From the NCBI GenBank assembly GCA_046758505.1, contig JBHIAH010000059.1:1-15379 (forward strand): a DNA stretch of 15,379 bases, in the 5' to 3' direction. Below the pieces are notes generated by a model that saw only the letters and a list, made by a program, of their open reading frames with translations, had not been told where the DNA came from and did no database searches. Origin of the DNA: Candidatus Methylomirabilales bacterium (GTDB lineage: Bacteria; Methylomirabilota; Methylomirabilia; Methylomirabilales; CSP1-5). Positions 1 to 7,789 of this stretch are shown piece by piece. Both the position numbers and the translations under genes were made by a program. How positions within the stretch are numbered: position 1 is the stretch's first letter; each line of letters opens with the position of its first letter.

Positions 1-2
1 CG

Positions 3-260
3 AACCCCGCCGAAGACTTCACCTATGATCCCGTAGGGAATCGCCTCAGCTCTCATCTCGCAAGCGGCCAGATTCACGATCCGGCGAATCGCTTGCTCGC
101 AAACAACACATTCACGTATGCGGACGATGCGAGCGGGATTCTCAGGAGGAATTAGAACAGGCCGGATGGCGACGTTACCCGTCGCACGTATGATGTCGAG
201 AGCCAGCCCATCAATGCGGGTAGTTCATTGTGGCCAGGCGTGAGTCCTGTGGGGGCTTGA
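3..260 (+). pseudogene. Degenerate RHS/YD-repeat protein fragment (5' part lies outside the window)
   Basis: Frame +3 reads NPAEDFTYDPVGNRLSSHLASGQIHDPANRLLANNTFTYADDASGILRRN*NRPDGDVTRRTYDVESQPI..., which has YD-repeat motifs (TYDxxGNR, xDxANRLL, TYDxExQ). There is an in-frame TAG at 153-155, repeat-like sequence continues past it, and the frame ends at TGA 258-260 with no RHS core-end/toxin region. Confidence 0.7.
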
Positions 261-285
261 CAGGGAGGAGGGGCGAGGGTAGCAT
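257..285 (+). promoter_or_regulatory. Putative sigma70 promoter of trxA
   Basis: TTGACA (257-262), 17 bp spacer, TAGCAT (280-285), 40 nt upstream of the trxA ATG. Confidence 0.65.
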
Positions 286-325
286 GGCGTGGTCGAGCAC
301 CCGAACACGCACTCGGGGGGAGAAG

Positions 326-658
326 ATGGCTTCCGAACACGTCGTCCAGGTCACCGATGCCGATTTCGATCAGAAGGTGGTGAACGGCCAGGGCCTCACC
401 GTCGTCGATTTCTGGGCGGAGTGGTGTGCCCCCTGCCGCATGATCGCTCCGATTCTCGACGAGCTGGCGCGGGAGTATGCGGGCAAGGTGACGATCGCCA
501 AGCTGAATGTGGACGAGAGCCCTCAGACGGCGGCCCGATTTGGCATCCGGAGTATCCCGACCCTCCTCCTGTTCAAAGGGGGGGAGCGGGTTGATCAGGT
601 GATCGGTGCGGTGCCTCGGAGTGTGATCCAGTCCAAGATCGGCCCCTTCCTGGAGTAG
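326..658 (+). CDS. trxA: Thioredoxin
   Basis: 110 aa from ATG 326 (purine-rich RBS GGGGGAGAAG). Motifs VVDFWAEWCAPC (WCxPC active site), KLNVDE and GIRSIPT (cis-Pro motif). Confidence 0.95.
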   Translation: MASEHVVQVTDADFDQKVVNGQGLTVVDFWAEWCAPCRMIAPILDELAREYAGKVTIAKLNVDESPQTAARFGIRSIPTLLLFKGGERVDQVIGAVPRSVIQSKIGPFLE

Positions 659-781
659 AGAATCGACCCATCCAGCTTACGGGGGACCGGCTCTCCTTCA
701 TCCGGACGCGTTCCCCTTCCGTCCCTCATGAACTCCTGACCGGCCCTCCCGGAAAGTGATTCGGCATCGCAGAGAAGGACC

Positions 782-810
782 TTGACCTTTTCTTTTATTC
801 ATGCTAGGTT
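782..810 (+). promoter_or_regulatory. Putative sigma70 promoter of the trp operon
   Basis: TTGACC (782-787), 17 bp AT-rich spacer, TAGGTT (805-810), with an extended -10 TG at 802-803. RBS GGAGAGG at 825-831 precedes ATG 838. Confidence 0.65.
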
Positions 811-837
811 ATCACTCCCTATTTGGAGAGGTCGTTG

Positions 838-2349
838 ATGTATTACCCGTCCCGAAAGGAATTTAAGGCCAAGGTTCGCCTCGGGAACCTGATCCCGGTC
901 TATCGCGAGATTCTCGCTGACATCGAGACGGCCGTCTCGGCCTTCTTGAAGATCGGGGGAGGGGAGTACGCCTTTCTTCTCGAGAGCGTGGAGGGAGGAG
1001 AGAAGTGGGCCCGTTACAGCTTTCTCGGGCGTAATCCCTCCCTTGTGATCCGGACCAAGGGAGGCCAGGCCGAGGTATTGCGGTCTGGTGCGCCGGCGGA
1101 GAAGCGGCGGATCACCGATCCCTTGGAGCTCATCAAGGAAGTGCTGAGCGTTTATCGCCCCGTCACGGTCGAGGGCCTCCCCAGGTTTTTCGGCGGCATG
1201 GTCGGGTATCTGGCCTACGATGCCGTCCGTTTCTTCGAAGCCCTGCCGGACCTCACCGCGGATGACCTGGGGCTGCCCGATGCCCTCTTCCTCCTCACCG
1301 ATACCCTGGTCATTTTTGACAACCTGAGTCAGCGAATTCGGGTGGTCTCTAATGCTTTTGTCCCCGATACCGCCGCCAGCACCATGGACGGCGCGTATGA
1401 TCTCGCGCTTTCAAAGATCGAGGCGCTGGTGGCCGATCTGCGCAAGCCCCTGGATCAGCCGCTGGTTGCTCCGCTGGCTTCCCGCTCCACCGAGGCGCTG
1501 TCGACATTTACCCGCGAGGACTTTTGCCGGGCGGTCCTGCGGTGCAAAGATTACGTGGCGGCGGGGGATATCATCCAGGCGGTCCTCGCCCAGCGACTCG
1601 AGGTCAAGACCATCGCGGAGCCCTTTGACGTCTACCGGGCCCTGAGGGTTATCAATCCCTCCCCGTATATGTACTTCCTCCGTTTGGGGGATGTCGCGCT
1701 GGCCGGAAGTTCTCCCGAGGTCTTGGTGCGGCTCGAGGAGGGACAGATCGACCTGCGCCCCATCGCCGGGACCAGGCCCCGGGGCCGAAACGAGAGCGAG
1801 GACCGTGCGATGGCGGCCGAGCTATTGGCGGACCCGAAAGAGCGGGCGGAACATGTCATGCTGGTGGATCTCGGGCGCAATGATGTGGGCCGGGTCGCTG
1901 CTCAGGGGAGCGTCGAGGTCAACGAGCTGATGGTGATCGAGCGGTACTCGCACGTTATGCACATCGTGTCGAATGTTCGGGGTGAGCTCCAGCCGGGGCG
2001 GGACGCCTTCGACCTGCTCCGCGCCTCGTTTCCGGCCGGGACGGTGAGTGGGGCCCCCAAGATCAGGGCGATGGAGATTGTCGAGGAGCTGGAGCCGGTC
2101 AGGCGGGGTCCCTACGCGGGGGCGATCGGCTACATCAGCTTTTCGGGAAACATGGATACCTGCATCGCGATCCGGACCATCCTGTTTACGAAAGAGCGGG
2201 CCTGGATCCAGGCGGGCGCTGGGATCGTGGCCGACTCGGATCCGGAGCGGGAGTATCAGGAGACGCTGAGCAAGGCGGCGGCCATGCTCGGGGCCATCGA
2301 GATGGCCGAAGCGGGCCTCGAGAGGCCACCGACGGCCGCCGACCGATGA
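838..2349 (+). CDS. trpE: Anthranilate synthase component I
   Basis: 503 aa from ATG 838. Trp-feedback motifs LLESx10S and NPSPYM, plus SSPE, PIAGTRPRG, EHVMLVDLGRND, SHVMH and GTVSGAPK. Confidence 0.95.
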   Translation: MYYPSRKEFKAKVRLGNLIPVYREILADIETAVSAFLKIGGGEYAFLLESVEGGEKWARYSFLGRNPSLVIRTKGGQAEVLRSGAPAEKRRITDPLELIKEVLSVYRPVTVEGLPRFFGGMVGYLAYDAVRFFEALPDLTADDLGLPDALFLLTDTLVIFDNLSQRIRVVSNAFVPDTAASTMDGAYDLALSKIEALVADLRKPLDQPLVAPLASRSTEALSTFTREDFCRAVLRCKDYVAAGDIIQAVLAQRLEVKTIAEPFDVYRALRVINPSPYMYFLRLGDVALAGSSPEVLVRLEEGQIDLRPIAGTRPRGRNESEDRAMAAELLADPKERAEHVMLVDLGRNDVGRVAAQGSVEVNELMVIERYSHVMHIVSNVRGELQPGRDAFDLLRASFPAGTVSGAPKIRAMEIVEELEPVRRGPYAGAIGYISFSGNMDTCIAIRTILFTKERAWIQAGAGIVADSDPEREYQETLSKAAAMLGAIEMAEAGLERPPTAADR

Positions 2350-2360
2350 CCGAGTAATTC

Positions 2361-2485
2361 GTTCATGGTTCATAGTTCATGGTTCAGCGTAAAACAGGAA
2401 TCTTGATCTGGGAACTGCCAAGCATGAACTCTGAACTCTCAACCATGAACCAGACACTGTGAACCCTGAACTCTGAAGTGTGAAC
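2361..2485. repeat. Inverted array of 7-bp tandem repeats (trpE-trpG spacer)
   Basis: Left arm GTTCATG-GTTCATA-GTTCATG-GTTCAGC (2361-2388). Right arm in 7-bp phase from 2395 to 2485, including CATGAAC-TCTGAAC-TCTCAAC-CATGAAC-CAGACAC-TGTGAAC-CCTGAAC-TCTGAAG-TGTGAAC (2423-2485). Confidence 0.9.
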
Positions 2486-2489
2486 CACC

Positions 2490-3053
2490 ATGGTGCTGGT
2501 GATCGACAATTACGATTCGTTTACCTACAACCTGGTTCAATACCTCGCGGAACTTGGGGAAACGGTCCAGGTGGTCCGAAACGACAAGATCACCCTGAAG
2601 GAGGTGGAAGACCTCCAGCCGGGACGGATCGTCATCTCGCCGGGTCCCTGCACGCCGAAGGAAGCGGGAATTTCCTGTAGTCTCGTCGGCCGGTTTGCGG
2701 GTCGCATCCCCATTCTGGGGGTCTGCCTGGGCCACCAGTGCATCGGCGCCGCCTTCGGGGGGCGGATCGTGCGGGCGGGACGCCTCATGCACGGGAAGAC
2801 CTCTCTCATCCGCCATGATGGGGGGTCTCTCTTTCGGGAACTCCCGAATCCCTTCGAGGCGACCCGATACCACAGCCTTTTGGTCGAGCGGGAAAGTCTT
2901 CCTGCCTGCCTGGCCGTCTCGGCGGAGACAGCCGAGGGGGAGGTGATGGGGCTCCGCCACAGAGAGCACCAGGTGGAAGGTGTGCAGTTTCACCCGGAGT
3001 CGATCCTGACTCAGGTGGGGAAAGATCTCTTGCGGAACTTCCTCAGGCTGTGA
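2490..3053 (+). CDS. trpG: Anthranilate synthase component II (class I glutamine amidotransferase)
   Basis: 187 aa. [22 protein letters not shown] (catalytic Cys), MHGK, RYHSL and QFHPES; lies between trpE and trpD. Confidence 0.95.
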   Translation: MVLVIDNYDSFTYNLVQYLAELGETVQVVRNDKITLKEVEDLQPGRIVISPGPCTPKEAGISCSLVGRFAGRIPILGVCLGHQCIGAAFGGRIVRAGRLMHGKTSLIRHDGGSLFRELPNPFEATRYHSLLVERESLPACLAVSAETAEGEVMGLRHREHQVEGVQFHPESILTQVGKDLLRNFLRL

Positions 3054-3078
3054 AGCCGGCAACCCGGGGGTCGAGAGG

Positions 3079-3156
3079 GCTCACTGTGCACCGTTCTACG
3101 TTGCATAGTGAACCTTGAACTCCTTCGGGCCGATCGCTGACGGTTGCGGAGTTCAA
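3079..3156. repeat. Degenerate heptamer array and RBS-overlapping inverted repeat (trpG-trpD spacer)
   Basis: GCTCACT-GTGCACC-GTTCTAC-GTTGCAT-AGTGAAC-CTTGAAC (3079-3120). TTGAACTCC (3115-3123) is the perfect reverse complement of GGAGTTCAA (3148-3156). Confidence 0.65.
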
Positions 3157-3159
3157 TGG

Positions 3160-4203
3160 ATGATTGTGGAAGCACTCCAGAAGGTCGTCGCGGGGCACAA
3201 TCTCAACCGCCAAGAGGCCTATCGGGTCATGGAGGTTCTCATGTCCGGGCAGGCCACCGACGCGCAGATTGCGGCCTTCCTTACCGCCATGCGGGTCAAG
3301 GGGGAGACGGTGGAAGAGCTCTGTGGCTTCGCCAGGCTGATGCGGGAGAGAGTGACCGTGGTGCCGACCCAGCACGGGGGTGCCCAATCGGTCTCCCGTC
3401 CCGAACAGCGGATGCTTGTGGATACATGTGGGACGGGCGGGGATGCGCAGGGGACCTTCAACATCTCCACGGCGGCTGCCTTTGTGGTTGCGGGTGCGGG
3501 CGTTCCGGTCGCGAAACATGGCAACCGCTCCGCCTCCGGGGTCTGCGGGAGTGCCGACGTCATCGAGGCGCTTGGCGTTCCGCTCGATCTTTCGCCGGAG
3601 CGGGTCGGGCGATGTATCGATGAAGTCGGGATCGGCTTTCTCTTTGCCCCCCTGTTTCACCCGGCCATGAAGCACGTGATGGCGGCGCGTCGCCAGATCC
3701 GAATCCGGACGGTTTTCAATCTCCTGGGCCCCCTGACGAATCCGGCCGGGGCCTCGGCCCAGGTGATCGGGGTCTACGACGGACGCCTCAACGAGGTTCT
3801 GGCCGGTGTCCTGGCGCAGCTCGGGTGCCACCGGGCCTTCGTCGTCCACGGGATGGAGGGGCTTGACGAGATCTCTACCACGGCGGGAACCAAGATCTCC
3901 GAGGTGCAAGCAGGACACGTGCACACCTCGGTTGTGCAGCCGGAGGACTTCGACATACCTCGAGCGAGCCTCGAAGATCTCAAGGGGGGTGATGCCTTTG
4001 CAAACGCCAAGATCATCCGGCAGATCCTTCAGGGGGCCAAGGGCCCGCAGCGGGACATCGTGGTGCTGAACGCCGCCTCCGCTATCGCGGCGGGCGGCGG
4101 CGCGCGGGATATCCGGGAGGGGATCAGGGCTGCGGAGCGGTCGATTGACGGCGGAACCGCAGAGGAGAAACTGAACAAGGTGGTAGCCTTCTGCAATCAA
4201 TAG
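3160..4203 (+). CDS. trpD: Anthranilate phosphoribosyltransferase
   Basis: 347 aa from ATG 3160 (GGAG at 3148-3151). Motifs DTCGTGGD, FNIST, KHGNR, SAD, RTVFNLLGPLTNP and GLDEI. Confidence 0.95.
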   Translation: MIVEALQKVVAGHNLNRQEAYRVMEVLMSGQATDAQIAAFLTAMRVKGETVEELCGFARLMRERVTVVPTQHGGAQSVSRPEQRMLVDTCGTGGDAQGTFNISTAAAFVVAGAGVPVAKHGNRSASGVCGSADVIEALGVPLDLSPERVGRCIDEVGIGFLFAPLFHPAMKHVMAARRQIRIRTVFNLLGPLTNPAGASAQVIGVYDGRLNEVLAGVLAQLGCHRAFVVHGMEGLDEISTTAGTKISEVQAGHVHTSVVQPEDFDIPRASLEDLKGGDAFANAKIIRQILQGAKGPQRDIVVLNAASAIAAGGGARDIREGIRAAERSIDGGTAEEKLNKVVAFCNQ

Positions 4204-4240
4204 GGGGGAAACCGTTAGCCTCAAACGGGTCAATGTCGGC

Positions 4241-4285
4241 GTGCAACGCCTGAACCGTGGACATTGTCTCGTGAACTCTCTCAAC
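4241..4285. repeat. Degenerate heptamer repeats (trpD-trpC spacer)
   Basis: GTGCAAC, then in phase CCTGAAC-CGTGGAC-ATTGTCT-CGTGAAC (4249-4276), then TCTCAAC; the same unit family as the other trp spacers. Confidence 0.5.
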
Positions 4286-4308
4286 CCCTAGGGTCGGCGG
4301 CAGCAGTG

Positions 4309-5109
4309 ATGCTGGAAAAGATTGTGCAGGTAAAGCGAGGGGAGGTTGTCGCGCGGAGGGCGGCGGTCCCTCTCCGAGAGCTCAAGGCCCGGATTCGGGA
4401 CCTGCCATCCCCTCGCGACTTTCACCAGGTGCTGGACCGGCGGTCGAGCGGTGGCCAGATCCGGTTGGTCGCCGAGGTGAAGCGAGCGTCTCCCTCGCAA
4501 GGGATCATCCGAGACGCATTCGACCTGGAGGAACTGGTCCGTGCGTATGCGCGGGGAGGCGCGGCTGCGCTGTCGGTCCTCACCGACGAATCCTTCTTTC
4601 AGGGAAGCCTTGCGGACCTGGCCCGGGCGAAGGCAAGCGTGTCGCTACCGGTGCTCCGCAAGGATTTTATCCTGGACCCGTACCAGGTTTACGAAACCCG
4701 AGCGGGGGGGGCCGACGCGATCCTCCTGATTACGGCGGCCCTGGAGGCGCACGCCTTGCAGGACCTTCTGGCCCTCGCGCAAGACGTGGGACTCCATCCC
4801 GTGACGGAAGTCCATACGCGTGAAGACCTCCAGACCGCCCTGGGGGCCAAGGTTCCCATCGTCGGGATCAACAACCGGAACCTGAAGACGTTTCGGGTCT
4901 CTTTGGAGACCACCTTTGCCCTCTTCCCGGAGATTCCGGACGATCGGGTGGTGATCAGCGAAAGCGGGATCAGCCATCACGCGGACGTGGCCCGCCTGGC
5001 GGCGGCCGGGCTGGACGCCATTTTGGTCGGGGAGGGGCTGCTCCGGGCCGGCGACGTGGAGGGAAAAGTTCGGGAGCTTTTGGGGAGGGAGCGTGGCGGT
5101 TCGGGTTAA
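4309..5109 (+). CDS. trpC: Indole-3-glycerol phosphate synthase
   Basis: 266 aa from ATG 4309 (GTG 4306 is an alternative start). Motifs MLEKIV, AEVKRASPSQG, SVLTD, LRKDF, GINNRNL and SESGI. Confidence 0.95.
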   Translation: MLEKIVQVKRGEVVARRAAVPLRELKARIRDLPSPRDFHQVLDRRSSGGQIRLVAEVKRASPSQGIIRDAFDLEELVRAYARGGAAALSVLTDESFFQGSLADLARAKASVSLPVLRKDFILDPYQVYETRAGGADAILLITAALEAHALQDLLALAQDVGLHPVTEVHTREDLQTALGAKVPIVGINNRNLKTFRVSLETTFALFPEIPDDRVVISESGISHHADVARLAAAGLDAILVGEGLLRAGDVEGKVRELLGRERGGSG

Positions 5110-5710
5110 GATCTGTGGGATCACGAATGTCAAGGACGCGGAACTCGCGGTCGACGCCGGGGCCGATGCCCTCGGTTTCGTCTTTGTCGCGGGGACTCCT
5201 CGCTATATCGAGCCGGATACCGCCCAGGAAGTTATCCACGATCTTCCGCCCCTGGTAACGCCGGTGGGGGTCTTCGCCGATCAGCCTGTCGAAGAGGTCG
5301 AGCATATCATGCGCCGGTGTGGCATCCGGACGGTCCAGCTTCACGGGTCCGAGTCGCCGGAATATTGCCGGCAGCTCGCGGGATCGATCATCAAGGCCTT
5401 CCGCGTCGGAGGGGGACAACCGCTGCCGCGTCTCGAGGGCTATCGCATCCACGCCTATCTCCTGGACACGTTCGTCGAGGGGAAGCTGGGCGGGACGGGG
5501 AGGATCCTTCCGTTTGACGTGGCGGTGCGTGCCAAGGCCTTCGGGCGCGTGATCGTGGCGGGGGGGCTTACCCCGGGAAATGTCGCGCAGGTGATTCGAC
5601 AGGTGCATCCGTACGGGGTGGACGTCTCAAGCGGGGTGGAAGAGAAGCCGGGCCGGAAAGATCCTCAAAAACTGCGAGATTTTGTTGCATCCGTGCGGGA
5701 GGTAGCATGA
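5093..5710 (+). CDS. trpF: Phosphoribosylanthranilate isomerase
   Basis: 205 aa, GTG start overlapping the trpC end. Motifs VKICGIT, QLHG, GGTG, AGGL and GVDVSSGVE. Confidence 0.95.
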   Translation: MAVRVKICGITNVKDAELAVDAGADALGFVFVAGTPRYIEPDTAQEVIHDLPPLVTPVGVFADQPVEEVEHIMRRCGIRTVQLHGSESPEYCRQLAGSIIKAFRVGGGQPLPRLEGYRIHAYLLDTFVEGKLGGTGRILPFDVAVRAKAFGRVIVAGGLTPGNVAQVIRQVHPYGVDVSSGVEEKPGRKDPQKLRDFVASVREVA

Positions 5711-6918
5711 GCTGGCTGCTGCCGGATCGTGAAGGACATTTCGGCCGGTACGGGGGACGCTATGTGCCCGAGACCTTGATGGCGCCTCTCGAGGCGCTCG
5801 AGCAGGCCTACCACGATGCCCGGCGGGATCGAGCCTTTGAGTCAGAGTTAAACTACTACTTGAGGGAATATGCCGGAAGGCCAACACCCCTCTACTTCGC
5901 AAAGCGTCTCACAGAGAGGCTCGAGGGGGCCAAGATCTATCTCAAACGGGAAGATCTGTGCCATACGGGTGCCCACAAGATCAATAACACCTTGGGGCAG
6001 GTGCTGCTGGCCCGGCGCATGGGGAAGCGGAGGGTCATCGCGGAAACGGGGGCCGGGCAGCATGGGGTGGCAACGGCCACAGCGGCGGCCCTCTTCGGAC
6101 TCGAGTGCCAGGTGTACATGGGGACAGAGGATATGCAGCGGCAAGCCCTCAACGTGTTTCGGATGCGGCTGTTGGGGGCGACGGTCACGCCGGTGGATGC
6201 CGGAAGCCGAACCCTCAAAGACGCCATCAACGAGGCGATGCGCGACTGGGTCACCCATGTCGAGCATACCCATTACGTCCTCGGCTCTGCCCTCGGGGCG
6301 CACCCCTTTCCCATGATGGTCCGCGATTTTCAATCGGTGATCGGGCAGGAGGCCCGAGCGCAGATCCGTGAGGCGGAGGGCCGGCTGCCTGACGTGCTGC
6401 TCGCCTGCGTGGGGGGAGGGTCGAATGCCATTGGTCTCTTTCACCCGTTCCTCGACGATGTCGGTGTCCGAATGATCGGCGTCGAGGCAGGAGGATTGGG
6501 GATTGCATCGGGCAAGCACGCAGCGCGCTTTGCGGCGGGCGAGCCGGGGGTCCTTCACGGGACGTTCAGCTACGTATTGCAGAACGGTGATGGCCAGATT
6601 CAGACGACGCATTCCGTCTCGGCGGGGCTTGACTATCCCGGCGTGGGTCCCGAGCATACGTACCTCCGGGAGATCGGCCGTGCGGCATACGTGTCGGTGA
6701 CCGATCAGGAGGCGCTCGAGGCGTTCGGGTTGCTCGCCCGCCTCGAGGGTATCATCCCGGCCTTGGAATGTGCCCACGCGATCGCATATGCGACCAGGCT
6801 CGCGCCCGAGATCGGAGCGGACGGGATCCTGGTGATCAACCTTTCGGGCCGCGGGGACAAGGACGTCGAGCTCGTCGCCCACCTGCTTGATCGTTCACAG
6901 TTCACCGTTGACCGTTGA
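5707..6918 (+). CDS. trpB: Tryptophan synthase beta chain
   Basis: 403 aa, ATGA overlap with trpF. Motifs [15 protein letters not shown] (PLP lysine), [27 protein letters not shown] and LSGRGDKD. Confidence 0.97.
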   Translation: MSWLLPDREGHFGRYGGRYVPETLMAPLEALEQAYHDARRDRAFESELNYYLREYAGRPTPLYFAKRLTERLEGAKIYLKREDLCHTGAHKINNTLGQVLLARRMGKRRVIAETGAGQHGVATATAAALFGLECQVYMGTEDMQRQALNVFRMRLLGATVTPVDAGSRTLKDAINEAMRDWVTHVEHTHYVLGSALGAHPFPMMVRDFQSVIGQEARAQIREAEGRLPDVLLACVGGGSNAIGLFHPFLDDVGVRMIGVEAGGLGIASGKHAARFAAGEPGVLHGTFSYVLQNGDGQIQTTHSVSAGLDYPGVGPEHTYLREIGRAAYVSVTDQEALEAFGLLARLEGIIPALECAHAIAYATRLAPEIGADGILVINLSGRGDKDVELVAHLLDRSQFTVDR

Positions 6919-6980
6919 CAGACAGCACATGTTGGCATCGTCAGGCATATGCCATGAATCGTGAACTCTGAACCGTGAAC
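6893..6980. repeat. Inverted array of 7-bp tandem repeats (trpB 3' end / trpA leader)
   Basis: Left arm GTTCACA-GTTCACC-GTTGACC-GTTGACA (6893-6920). Right arm CATGAAT-CGTGAAC-TCTGAAC-CGTGAAC (6953-6980). Confidence 0.85.
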
Positions 6981-6987
6981 GGAAAAG

Positions 6988-7782
6988 ATGAATCGGATCG
7001 ATCGGTGTTTTCAGGAACTCCGGGCGACCAGGCGGAAGGCCTTGATCCCCTTCGTGACCGCGGGGGACCCGGACTTGGCTGCCACCCGCGAATTAGCGTG
7101 GGCCTTTGAAGAGGCGGGGGCAGATCTCCTGGAGATCGGAGTCCCCTTTTCCGACCCCCTCGCCGATGGGGCCACCATCCAGCGGGCGAGCCAACGGGCC
7201 CTCCAGCACGGCGTCACGCTGAAGCGCGCCATCGGGCTGGTGGAAGAGATCCGCGCCAAATCCCGAATGCCCATGATTCTCATGAGTTACGTGAACCCGA
7301 TCCTCCGCATGGGCGTGGAGGAGTTTGCGGGGCGAGCCGCCGATGCCGGGGTGGACGGGATCATCATCCCGGACCTGCCGCCCGAGGAGGCCCAGGAATT
7401 GCATTATCGGTGCGCCGCGTGTGCGGTGCATACGATCTTCCTCGCTGCGCCGACGAGCCCCGAGACACGGCTCCGCCGCATCGTGGAGTCCTCTGAGGGA
7501 TACATTTACTATGTCTCCTTGAGAGGAGTCACGGGAGCCAGGGCGAGCCTGGAGGCTGATCTCGAAGGCTCGCTGGCCCGCTTGCGTCGGTTGACCGATA
7601 AGCCCATTGCGGTGGGATTTGGCATCAGCACGGCGGCCCAGGTGTCACAAGTTGCGAGGCTCGCCGATGGCGTGATTGTCGGATCGGCTGTGGTCGAGTG
7701 CATCGAGCGCAGCGCCGGCACATCCCAGATGGTCGGAGACGTCGCCGGATTTGTCCGGAGCCTGAAGCAGGCGATGCAGTAG
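6988..7782 (+). CDS. trpA: Tryptophan synthase alpha chain
   Basis: 264 aa. Motifs AGDP, EIGVPFSDPLADG, PDLP, YYVSLRGVTG, GFGIS and DGVIVGSA. Confidence 0.96.
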   Translation: MNRIDRCFQELRATRRKALIPFVTAGDPDLAATRELAWAFEEAGADLLEIGVPFSDPLADGATIQRASQRALQHGVTLKRAIGLVEEIRAKSRMPMILMSYVNPILRMGVEEFAGRAADAGVDGIIIPDLPPEEAQELHYRCAACAVHTIFLAAPTSPETRLRRIVESSEGYIYYVSLRGVTGARASLEADLEGSLARLRRLTDKPIAVGFGISTAAQVSQVARLADGVIVGSAVVECIERSAGTSQMVGDVAGFVRSLKQAMQ

Positions 7783-7789
7783 GGGAGAC

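Noticed and set aside
153..155. TAG recoding/readthrough in the RHS fragment
   Set aside because: TAG terminates trxA, trpD, trpA and pilW normally, and the neighbouring motifs are also decayed, which fits a pseudogene.
230..325. N-terminal extensions given by the ORF track (trxA 230, trpE 823, trpD 3115, trpC 4264, MBL 9427, pilins 10274/10807/13695)
   Set aside because: Downstream ATGs fit RBS positions, ATGA overlaps, promoter positions and family N-termini better.
679..725. Intrinsic terminator after trxA
   Set aside because: An imperfect GC stem is possible, but no U-tract follows it.
2365..2406. Mini-ORF MVHSSWFSVKQES as a Trp leader peptide
   Set aside because: It has a single Trp codon that arises automatically from the GTTCATG repeat, no RBS, and no downstream U-tailed terminator.
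2361..2485. CRISPR array interpretation of the intergenic repeats
   Set aside because: Units are 7 bp and contiguous with no unique spacers, and no cas genes are in the window.
3043..4284. Long minus-strand ORFs (also 5848-6882, 9421-10308, 14084-15115 and others)
   Set aside because: They are antisense shadows of well-supported GC-rich genes and show no recognisable motifs.
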